Source: Bispira polyomma (lineage: Eukaryota). Taken from it: a DNA stretch of 64,000 nt. The stretch spans positions 69,068,001-69,132,000 of the forward strand of contig OZ287753.1 in NCBI GenBank assembly GCA_965649765.1, in the 5' to 3' direction. Shown piece by piece: positions 25,459-36,400 of the stretch. Both the position numbers and the translations under genes were made by a program. The notes under the pieces were generated by a model that did no database searches, had not been told where the DNA came from, and saw only the letters and a list, made by a program, of their open reading frames with translations. How positions within the stretch are numbered: the stretch's first letter is position 1; the number at the start of each line of letters is the position of its first letter.

Positions 25459-27853
25459 ATGTATTTCAGGTGTATACAAATAGATTATGGCCAAAATATG
25501 TGGTACTTACAACAAACCCCCTATACACTGGATCACATATGGCCATTATCCTATGTGAACACCAGTTGTGCCACAACACTACATCACACTCAACCAAATC
25601 AGTCAAAAAATCGTGCAAAACATAATGTGGCACATACACACACAAAAATTGGACAAACTTTCTATTATACGGATATCATTGACAAGATTTGCAAATCAAA
25701 TTTTCAACACCAGAGCAATTCAGATTGTAACCATCAAGCCCACTTACCCCTTGAGCATCAAATTAATCAAGGTAATACACTAGTGCATAATGACATGGTT
25801 ATGAGTCAAAAACCTATATTAGTGCATAATGAAACGTCTATGATTCAAAAACTTACATTAGTGCATAATCAAACTTCTAGGATTCAAAAACCTATATTAG
25901 TGCACAATGATACTTCTATGATTCAAAAACCTACATTAGTGCATAATGAAACTTCTATGATACAAAAACCTATATTAGTGCACAATGAAGATCCTATTAT
26001 TCAAAAACCTACATTTGTGCATAATGAAGACGTCATGATTAATGACATTTTACCACTTCAATCATCAGACACTAATGTGGACAATGTCAAACATGAATCC
26101 TTTCTTATTTCTGGGGACAGAGCGTATGATTTCATACCACACAGACAGAACAGCTTTAAATGTGTGGGCCCAGGCAGACAAGAAGTTCTTATAAATTCTT
26201 ATGACAAACTCATTGAGATTGCAGACATTGTTAAGAACTCTGGATTTCCCAACTATAAACAAGCCAGAATACCACTTAAGAGCAACCTCAAAGTGGAAAA
26301 TTGGAAGAAATACCTGACAGATTATCCTGACAACATCATATTACTATATATTGAATTTGGTTTTCCAATTTCATTGTATGATAGAGATAGACTGACAGTC
26401 AAAAATGTTAAGAACCATTACTCAGCAAGAACTTTTCCAGAAGCTGTGGACAGATATTTTGTCACAGAACTCGAACGAGGCACCCTAGTGGGCTCAGCTA
26501 CTTCTGACCTTACCCTGATATACACTGCTCTCCACTTTTGACTGTACCTAAAGACACTGACAAGCACCGTCTTATATTAAATCTTTCTCACCCAGCAGGC
26601 TACTCTGTCAATGACTGCACCATTAAGTCAAAGTACGACACAATCGACTTCACTTTGAAATTATCCGCCATTGACCAAATAACTCACAAAATTATGGACA
26701 TAGGACCTAAGGCGACCTTAGCAAAGGTGGACGTTGCGCACGCATTTAGGAACCTAAGAATAGATCCTTATGACTGTCTGAAGCTGGGTTATATATGGAA
26801 AGAGCAGTGTTTTATTGACTTAAGTCTGACTTTTGGTCTCAATCATGGTACTGCTGCTTTTATGATGACCTCAGATTGTGTTACTTACATCATGAAACAA
26901 AAAGGTTTCACAGTTATGAATTATATAGACGATTTTTTACTCATAGAACACGAAGATAAGGCCACCTTAGCCTACGAAACTTTACAACAAATACTAACAG
27001 ACTTAGGTCTTCCTATTAACCCCAGTAAGTTAGTACCTCCCAGCAAACGAGTCACATGTATGGGCATTGTTATAGACATCTAACAAGAAACCCTCAGTAT
27101 AGATGAAGAAAAATTAAATTCAATTCACAATACTTGCCTGGAGTTCAAATACCTGGGGAAAGTTCGGAAACAGAAGTACCAGTCGTTACTCGGCAAGCTA
27201 CTGTATATACATCGCTGTATCAAACCATCTCGGATTTTTATGAACAGAATGCTTGCTTTACTACGTCAGTCGACAAGTCGTAAAATTATCATTCTAAATG
27301 GTGAATTTCATAAAGACTTACAGTGGTTCCTGCTTTTTCTAAAGCAGTTCAATGGTACTTGCAAGTACAGTTACTTAAACCAAGATAATGACATTTTATT
27401 ACAGGTTGACGCCTGCTTATCAGGCATAGGGGGCATCTCAGATGACAAAGTGTTCAAGGTTGCTCTCCCTTCTTTCATGACTGACAATTTTTCCATTGTA
27501 CATTTTGAAATGGTCAGTGTTTTAATAGCCTTAAAGCTATGGGGCCATGAATGGGAAAACAAAAAAATTAAGATACAATCTGACAACATGGCTGTGGTGG
27601 CTGTTGTGCAGTCCTCTAAAACCAGAGATGATTATCTCGGGCTATGCCTCCGAAATATATGACAAATCTGTGCTACCAAAAATATTGACTTAAATATCAG
27701 TCATATTCCAGGTAAAGACAATATAATCGCAGATGCGTTATCTCGGTGGTATGAATCAATGCATCATGCTGATTGTGTAAAAAATATTATTACGGGCAAT
27801 TTCGTCATGTATGACGTCCCAATTGACTTATTTACCCTTGACAGTTATATATA
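25459..27853 (+). pseudogene. Ngaro RT/RNase H (frameshift at ~26510, stops at 27081 and 27660)
   Basis: KVDVAHAFRNL, FGLNHG, NYIDDFL, VDACLSGIGG, HFEMVSV, QSDNMAVV, HIPGKDNIIADALSR. Confidence 0.88.
25780..26040 (+). repeat. 39-bp coding tandem repeat (13 aa, LVHNETSMIQKPI), about 6.7 copies
   Basis: Visible in ORF 25459..26541 and as recurring gtgcataat/gtgcacaat. Confidence 0.9.
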
Positions 27854-27860
27854 ATTTCAG

Positions 27861-28843
27861 ACACTCCCTTACTTGCCACTTCACTGGTACAAGACGCCTT
27901 TAGACGTTTAGAATACAGTCACAGACCAAGAACACAGAAACAGTATGACAACCAGTTTCGATTGTTTCTGAGTTTCACAGTTTATTATGACTTAAAACAG
28001 ACTTTTAGTTTCAACAGTATCATAGCTTTCTTTGAATCCTTAACTCAATCAGGAATTTCTCACAAAGTCGTCACAAATTACGTCTCAGCATTAAGACACA
28101 AAACCCAAGTGCTGAACATTCAGACCACTGGGCTTTATGATCCCAGATTACCTTTGTCATTACCTCTATCCTTAAAGATCACTTCCAAGTATATACCCAA
28201 GGTCAAAGGGGTTTTTGACTTAACTCAGCTCCTACAAATCTCTCAAGCATGTGAGCAACTTCAGTATCCTGAGTTATTTAGGACAGCTTTTCTGTTTGCC
28301 TTTTTTGGTTTCTTACGAATATCAAATTTGACCCCCTCTTCAGGTACCCCCTTTGACCCCACTAGACATCTCACAAGGTCAGATATCTTATTTGCTCCTT
28401 CTGGTATTCACTTAATTATAAAATGGTCTAAAACAAATCAGGCTAGGACTTCTCTTGATATCATACAATTACCTTCACTCAGCAATTCTTGGCTGTGTTC
28501 TGTTAGGGCTGCAAAGTCCCTTTTTCAAAAATATCCACTTGGACCCATGGATCCTCTTTTAGCAAATCCTTCAAACACAGGTCTTTGCTTAACTGACAAC
28601 AAGTTAAGATCTATATTAAAACTTATCCTTAATCAGCTAAACATTCCCACTGAAGGTCATTCTTTTCATTGTTTCAGGCGCTCTGGCGCCTCTTTAGCCT
28701 TCAATTCCAACATAAATCTCCGGCACATACAAAAACATGGGTGCTGGAAGTCAGATGCAGTATGGATTTACTTAAAAAATACTTCTCATGCTTCTTCTAT
28801 CATCCCTACCACCTTTGCTTCTATTGTCTCTTCCAAATTTTAG
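27861..28843 (+). CDS. Ngaro tyrosine recombinase, open frame
   Basis: Catalytic set intact: FFGFLRISN (R), KWSKT (K), HCFRRSGA (HxxR), HGCWKSDAVWIY (W, Y). Frame opens at 27842 without an early ATG; acceptor tttcag at 27855-27860. Confidence 0.88.
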
Positions 28844-28850
28844 TTTGGCT

Positions 28851-29319
28851 TTGGCATGTTAAAATTTTAGTTCTTATCTAAAATTTTCTGTATAGTTGTA
28901 CATAGAAGCTCAACATTTATGAACTAAAGATTTATAAATAAATATCCCAAACTGCATCTGACCCCTTACCTTTCAAAACCTCACACACAAGGTCAAACTA
29001 CCATCTTATGACCTTGACCTTAAACTCATCTTATTCGGCTGTCTTCGTCACTGCCACGAAGTAGCATGGCTAGTCAGCCGCGGAAATGCTATACTTTACT
29101 GTACTTCTATTTTCAAAACTACTTGCTTATCACAGTCACTTCTCACCCCAATGCTGCATTCAGATAACATCTCCACTCTCCTCGGCGTTTCCCACCTTTC
29201 TTATAGTCTCACTGATAAGTCAGAAGACAAATCTCTCTTACTCTCCCCAGCGCTTTTGCGCCCTTTCTATGATAAGCTCATTATTAAGTCAGAAATCAAA
29301 CTAACAACATCAAAAATCT
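28851..29319 (+). repeat. Split direct repeats B1 plus A2 (circle-junction equivalent)
   Basis: B1 28851-29042 directly abuts A2 29043-29319. Confidence 0.93.
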
Positions 29320-29414
29320 CCCAACCCTCCTCCCTTGTACATATTTGTAGTATATCTAAGGATTGTGGGTTTAACATTCACTTCTTTGCCTTAGGGCTTT
29401 AATTATTTTAAATT

Positions 29415-29705
29415 GTTTAAGCTATGATTGGTTATTTTTTACCATATTGCTTTATCTTTTATGTTTAGCTATGATTGGTTATATTTACCACCATATTGCT
29501 ACAGTAGCATTTTAATTTTAGTTATCACTGGTTATATTTACCATATTGCTGTACTAGCAAGTTATTTTATTTTGTAGTTATCATTGGTTATATTTATCAT
29601 ATTGCTTTGTTTTCTTATTTTTAGCTGTGATTGGTTATACTTACCATATTGCTACTAGCATTTTATTCTGAGTCATCATTGGTTATATTTACCATGTTGC
29701 TTTGT
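29415..29705. repeat. Degenerate 45-55 bp minisatellite between A2 and B2
   Basis: Core ttggttatatttaccatattgct repeated about 6 times. Confidence 0.8.
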
Positions 29706-29758
29706 CTATGAGTTACCTTACTCTATGTGTTGGGTTTTTTAAACCCTTTACTTGCTTA

Positions 29759-29950
29759 TTGGCATATTAAAATTTTAGTTCTTATCTAAAATTTTCTGTA
29801 TATTTGTACATAGAAGCTAAACATTTATAAACTAAAGATTTATAAATAAATATCCCAAACTGCATCTGACCTCTTACCTTTCAAAACCTCACACACAAGG
29901 TCAAACTACCATCTTATGACCTTGACCTTAAACTCATTTCATTCGGCTGT
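29759..29950 (+). repeat. Split direct repeat B2
   Basis: Near-identical to 28851-29042. Confidence 0.95.
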
Positions 29951-30770
29951 GAGTGTGACCGAAATTCATTACCCGCTGGGCATGAGTCTGCCTGATTCTA
30001 TCGAGTTTATGAGAGTTCTCGCAGGACACCTTCCCCTTTTACATATTGCAAGACAAAACCGCATGACTGCCCTTGGGCGCGCTCCAAGAGAAATCATGAG
30101 CATCCTCTGTGAGGTCTGCCATATATTCTAACATCTGATTTTTAGTTTTTACATTTTGTTCTTCCTTTATAATGTTCAAAAACCAGATACCCATTGGGGC
30201 ATGGTTAAAGCATCATATGTTAATCTGGTGTTGTTATGACCCCCCAGAATAATATTTTTGTGGCCAGGGAACTTGTTTTCTTACTCAGACAGTTACTGCA
30301 TACATGCAAGTACATGGTTCCCCTGGTGTCGTGGTCCCCTTTTTGGGGGCAAGTACCCTTTCGGTAGAACCTACATGCAGTACCTTTCTCATGATTTCTC
30401 TTAGAGGGGCCTTGCGTTTGACTGTGAGTGTGACCGGAATTCATTACACGCTGGGCATGAGTCTGCCTAATTCTATCGAGTTTATGAGAGTCCTCCCAGG
30501 ACACCTTCCTCTTTTACATTTTGCAAGACAAAACCGCATGACTGCCCTTGGCCTCGCTCCAAAAGAAATCATGAGCATCCTCCATGAGGTCTGCCATATA
30601 TTCTAACATCTGATTTTTTGTTTTTACATTTTGTTCTTCCTTGATAATTTTCAAAAACCAGATACCCATTGGGGCATGGTTAAAGCATCATATGTTAATC
30701 TGGAGTTGTTATGGCCCCCCAATTAATATTTTTGTGGCCAGGGAACTTGTTTTCTTACCCAGACAGTGTC
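29951..30770 (-). mobile_element. gag remnant of the older minus-strand Ngaro element, containing a ~475-bp tandem duplication
   Basis: ORF 30220..30504 (SWEDSHKLDRIRQTHAQR...CRFYRKGTC..H..HVCSNC). 30290-30763 duplicates 23253-23388 plus 29951-30289. Confidence 0.85.
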
Positions 30771-31449
30771 ACTAAAATAAAAACACAAAGTACAAATAAA
30801 ATAAAAATTTAAAGATGGCGTTGTTGCCTGTTCGACTTCACTTCTAAAAGTAATATCCCCACTGAAAAGGATGCAAAACAGAGGTCAATTAGTGCAAAGT
30901 TCACCAATTAATCCAGGGTCAAGACCCTGGACTATACAAATTACTGGTAGCACTGATCCAGCTAGTCCCCTGGGATCTACTCCGCAAAATCTTAGACATA
31001 CATGGTATGGTGTAAAAGAGAGATTATTGTAGTTTCTTTCTAAATCCATTAGATATCACGATTGTTGAGCTACTCTGTAAATCCCTACACTGTTGACAGA
31101 CGGAAATCCCAAAATATAAGTTATTATATAACTTTTATCAGCTAACCAGATAACTTCTACCTGTATATTAAAGTTACATATGGAACTGCTCTAACCATAA
31201 AATGATGAAAAATTAATCAAATATTACCTTATATCTGCACATATTTGCTTTCCTTGTGAGATCCTCGTATATAACGTATATTGTTGACAGGTAGAAATCC
31301 CAAAACTGACGTCATTATATTGGAGATTTTTGGAAGACAGTTCAAACTGCTGATAACAAAATTGTTTAATTGGGTTTAACATAGCTTTCAACGCTTTATA
31401 TAGGCAGTATGGCAAACGGGGCAGTTTTACTGTCGGAGGAATGTAGTGC

Positions 31450-31582
31450 ATACTAGTTGGTCAAGATTCTGCATTGTAAACCACCCTGCATCGGGAAGTA
31501 ACTACCAGGCCAACTTTACCATATAAAGCTGCTGCCAAGATTTAAACCCACAACCCAAGAGATGGGAGGTGAGCATGTTCTC
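31450..31582 (-). mobile_element. Degenerate SINE related to the 8783 family
   Basis: agttggtcaagattctgcattgtaaacc...gtaactacca resembles the body of the 8783-9042 SINE. Confidence 0.5.
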
Positions 31583-32948
31583 ATAGTAAAAATAAACTTC
31601 TAAAAAGTAAGGTAGTTAACATCATTTTCAAATGACGATTTACCCTCTGATTAAATTACCTCTTAAACAAATATTATCTTGAATTACCGTACACTGCCTA
31701 AAGCTTATAAATTATTTACACATACATTTTATTTGAGAACTGTCCGCTTTAGTAAAGAATTTCGGGTGTCATAGCAATTTTAGATATATGACGACACCCA
31801 ATGCTTGTATTGTGCCAAAAGGTTGTCTTTTCATTTCTCTCTGTTGGTTTGTTTCATCAATATGTGACCACCGGCCACTGAATACTTGTTTACAATCTCA
31901 CTGGATAAAGTCCAGAATAATAAAGCATGTGTATGGATTTTTTTAGCAATCACTCCAATGGATGTCTAATAAGCCTAAGGTAAATCCTTACTATAGTTGT
32001 GAGAACTAATGACATTGCTGGTTATTGATGTCTTTACCCAGACAATACTACACAGGGCTCAAGGTTATAGGAGAGGTTCATACACAGTGTATGTGCTAGT
32101 TGGCCTCTTATTATGAAAAATGCAGGTGTCATTACAATAGAATCTTTCATTCCAATAAAGCTTTGAATGCTGGGGTTAAATATAAAAAAATTTAATGCGG
32201 TTTGCAAGGCATTACTGAACTAAGCAATGGTTTAGTTATTTTTAAACAAACCAATCAAAATACCTATCCCTAGATATTAGATTGATTGGTATGATATTTA
32301 AATGTATCGTATCAGTCAGCCTGGTGGCTGGTATTTAATTTGCACAAAGTTATAATTTTACTTTATTTATATTTTTTTTAAATAACAGATCTCAGGATTT
32401 ATTTATTTTCATGCAATCAATAAATTACTAAACACTTTGATTATTCTATTATAGTTAGTACCCTTTTTGTTTGTTTTTATGCAGATTTTTTTTTTTGGTT
32501 TACAAGACATGAATACATTACATCTAAACTTAAAAATACATTACATATACACTACAATCACATCTAACAAAATACTAATACAGCACATAAACTTTCCAAG
32601 ATCATAAAATAAAATACATATATTTTGCATAACTATAATGATAAAAAAGTTATAATAGCTCTAACTTTAGAATTTTATATTCGAAATATGTATATACTAA
32701 AATTGAGTCATCAGTGTGCAATCTCAATCTCATATAAATAATGAATACCTGTGGTAAGTTTTAACCTAGATACAGTAGAATAGATAGACGTAAACACAAC
32801 TGACCTCATGAACTTAGTAGAACATTCCTTTTCATTACTCCCCGAACATATTGATCACATATCAATAGTCAAAATCCACATAATGGACAACCAATAACTC
32901 CCGGTCATACAGCATGTTTGTCTTAGGGACTGTTACTAAGCTGGACCT

Positions 32949-32955
32949 TATAAAA
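32949..32955 (+). promoter_or_regulatory. Candidate TATA box of copy 2
   Basis: TATAAAA ~290 nt upstream of the ATG; motif and position only. Confidence 0.3.
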
Positions 32956-33239
32956 TGGCACACTCAATCATAGTCGTGCTTTAAATAGGTTGTGCTTTGA
33001 ACAGAAAGAAGTGGAACACATTAGAAATTCTAGAGAAACTTTTCAATATAGACACTTTCGTAGAGGTTTTTAAAGTATAAGAAGAGTAGAGTGAAAGAGA
33101 TTTAGAGTTTGTGTTTTACTGAATTCATCAATTTAAATACACTCTGCATGTAAAACAAAGTTTGAACTTTGGAATTATATATTCAATTCTATAACTTTGA
33201 CGATATCCCTGAATCAATTGTGATTCACTTTTGTCGAAG

Positions 33240-33419
33240 ATGGGAGATCTTAAGGCTGTGTGTCGCCAACTACAGGCAGATATTGGAAGGAAACCGAAGG
33301 TAGAGATTGACAAGTTTGAAAACTGGGCCACAACTAGAAAAATTGAAAATCTTCTGGTTGTCAAACCAACTAGTCTGGAAGAGGTGCAATCTGTTGTAAA
33401 GGCAGCAGCCAAAAATGGG
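33240..33419 (+). CDS. Copy 2 exon 1
   Basis: aagATGG start; MGDLKAVC...AAKNG|gtgagt. Confidence 0.9.
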
Positions 33420-36400
33420 GTGAGTTCAGTTAGTTTTTGTTCTACTCTTAAGACCTTTATACACCGTCCACGACACGACACTACAAAAATTGTAAATAAA
33501 AAAATATGTACAGATTATATGGACTGTCCTCAGAAAGGACACTACATGCTATTGGACTTGTATAAATATATAAACAGCATTGTGTTGTTGTATATATTGC
33601 ACAGTATCGATATAATAGTAAAACTACCCTAGTGGCGTACATTAAAAAATATATATGACGAAAGAAGATAATCAGTACATATGAGCCTGGTAGTGTTGTG
33701 TGTTTTATCTTCTTGAGTCATATATGTTTTTTTTAAAACACACCACAAGGGTGGCTTTACATTTATTATGCACTTATAAAATGTAATTATTTATGCTTAC
33801 ATAGGTTAAAATCTAACACAAACCAGTGAGAAAAAGTCTCAAAATATTAAAAATTCACGGCAAATTATATAATACAAACAAAAGGTACTGATTTGTCACC
33901 TCAATAATTTGCTTTAAATAATAATAATAATGCTTATATTTCTATAGCGCAAATATTCAGACAAATGTCTGTTCCAAGGTGCTTTCCAAATGGCAACAAT
34001 TTACTTTAAGACACATACTCTTACAACATATTTGTAAAGAAAGACAATATTGGCACTAGATTTGGCTATAGCCTTTTTCTAAGCAAATAAGTCTTTAATT
34101 TTGATTTAAAACTGTCAACAGAAACTAAGGTCTTGATGTCTCCAGGTAGAGCTATAGCGTTGGTGCAGCTACTGAAAATGCAAGACTACCAAATTTTTTG
34201 CATTTTGACTTTGGAATTATAAGTTAAAGCTTCTCACTGGAGCGGGTTATCTGACCCTGGTTAAGATTCCTTTTTTGTCCGTTGCTTGGAAATATATTGT
34301 GGTGCAAGTCATCTCAGGGCCTTGAAAGTCAGCAGATGAATTTTGAATTCAATCCTATACTATTGATACTAAATTCGAGTTTTGTATGCAATAACATAAT
34401 GCTTATATTTTATATATGTCGAAATTTTAAACAGTTTATGAATTAATTTGTTTAGTATAACAATATATAAAACAACCAAAATCATACAAAAGTTTGCTAC
34501 TTTTTAAACAGTCTTTATTTCGTCACATACAAATGATGTCACGTATTATTGACGGTTGTGTATTTCCAACGGTCGCGTATGAATACAATGTAGAATTCAA
34601 TATGGACACTACGTTAGAGATAAAAAGGGTCGAAAACCCTGAAAATCGGGTCGAAATGTCCAATCAAAAAATGGGTTGAAATTAACGTCTGGTAGGTCAA
34701 AACGTCTGGCATTCAAACCGGCATAGTTACATATTGCAGGGAGTCACCACTAAAAAGTAAAGTATTTACAACAGTTATTTTACCATTTGGGGTCAGATAT
34801 TGTTAGTTCCATTGGCTTATATTTGCTTTTATCTCTAATCGTTTTGGGGAAAATTAAATTTAGTACATTTTACCAAGTCCACAGATAAGGTTAACTCTAG
34901 TAAGTTAAAGCTGGATGTATCCCACTGAAAGTTTGAATGAATGAATTTATCTTTGCATTGTTTTTTCTTCCCTATCCATATCATTTGCATTTTATCGGTG
35001 TTCACTCTTAATCCTGATATGGAACCATATATCTCTATAGTATTCAGAGCAGCTTTCAGTGAATGTACTGTTCTGTCTAACATTAAAGTTGTATCATCGG
35101 CAAATTGCGTTAGTTTAAATTCTGAGTCTCCACACATAATGTTTTTGAGTTGTTCAATATTAAAACTGTCAATATTTGGCAGCTATAATAAAAAGATAAG
35201 GGGAAATAGGATCACCCTGTCTACAACCCCTCTCAACATTTAAAAATTCTGATAGCACTCCACATTATATGACAGTTGCCTTAATTTCCATATTAAATAA
35301 TTTGATCCAGCTGATAAATTATTCCCCAAATCCAAGATACTGCAACATTTTATAAATGAAAGACCAAGATAAAGAATCAAACGCCTTTTCAAAATCTATC
35401 AGAACTAACATTACTGGAATTTTAGATACCTCTGTGTAATTCATATACTAATCTAGAAGATTCACCTATATATCTACCAGGTGCAAATCCTTTTTGAGTT
35501 TTGTCAATTAAGTAGCAAAAATATGGTTTGAGTTTGTGTGCTATTGTAGCAGATGCTAGTTTATAAACTACAGAAAGAATTGATAAAAAGGACGCCAGTT
35601 TTTTTATCATTTCTCAATTTTTACCTGTGTAAGGTAAAACCATCTATTCCAAGAGTTTTGTTATTTTTAATCTGTTTTAGAGCAACACCTAATTCATCTA
35701 GATTTAGCGGACCTTCTAATAGTTTGGCCTGTGCTTTAGTGAGTTTACACATACTGATGTTGTTCAACATATTTTTTAAATTATATTCCTTTAGTTTGTG
35801 ATCATGTGATTGGAAAAGGGTCCTATGAAAGTTTTTGAGTTCAGTCAAAACGATTGTTAGATCTGTTATACAACTACCATCAGGTTGCTGTAGTCGCTTT
35901 ATAGTTTTGCTAATATAATTTTGATGTTCTAAACTATAGGAAATATATGATTGAACTCCGTGGCCTTACATTGTTTCCTTGAGCAGTCTTTTTTCCAGTT
36001 GATTTTGCATCTTTTTCTTATAGCTTGCAAATTTAATTATTTCGCCCCTTAGTCTGAGTAACAAAACTTCAAAATGTCATAATCGATCTTTAGAATTGTA
36101 TCTTGAAAAGTATCTGTATTTATATAGGAAGAACTATAAACTAGGACAGCATATTTTCTTTATTCATTTCTAATACCTTCTTCCATCAAGTTCAAGTATT
36201 GCTTTTTTCAATAAATTGAGGTTAAAGTTCCAGATTCCCTTTCCTCTCTTAAAATCATTCAATGTTAAAGTGAGATGTAACATTGAATGGTCCAATTTGT
36301 AGCCAGGTTTTATGTCAATACCGCTTACTAAATCTGTTGCTTTGGCCATTCCTCAATAAAACCAATATACAAAGTCTTAAACCCAAACTCCATCTTCAAT

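Larger units (their letters stand above)
23385..29950 (+). mobile_element. Near-complete Ngaro-type tyrosine-recombinase retrotransposon with split direct repeats (A1-gag-RT/RH-YR-B1-A2-spacer-B2)
   Basis: A1 23389-23665 = A2 29043-29319 (277 bp); B1 28851-29042 = B2 29759-29950 (192 bp). All ORFs on the same strand, with no methyltransferase between RNase H and YR. Confidence 0.92.

Noticed and set aside
20340-29950. Prophage, integron or bacterial retron-like RT plus integrase system
   Set aside because: The RT (YIDD), RNase H, gag knuckle and split direct repeats are fully explained by eukaryotic DIRS-order retrotransposons.
33240-33260. N-myristoylation at MGDLKA
   Set aside because: Asp after Gly is unfavourable, there is no Ser/Thr at position 6, and copy 3 begins ME.
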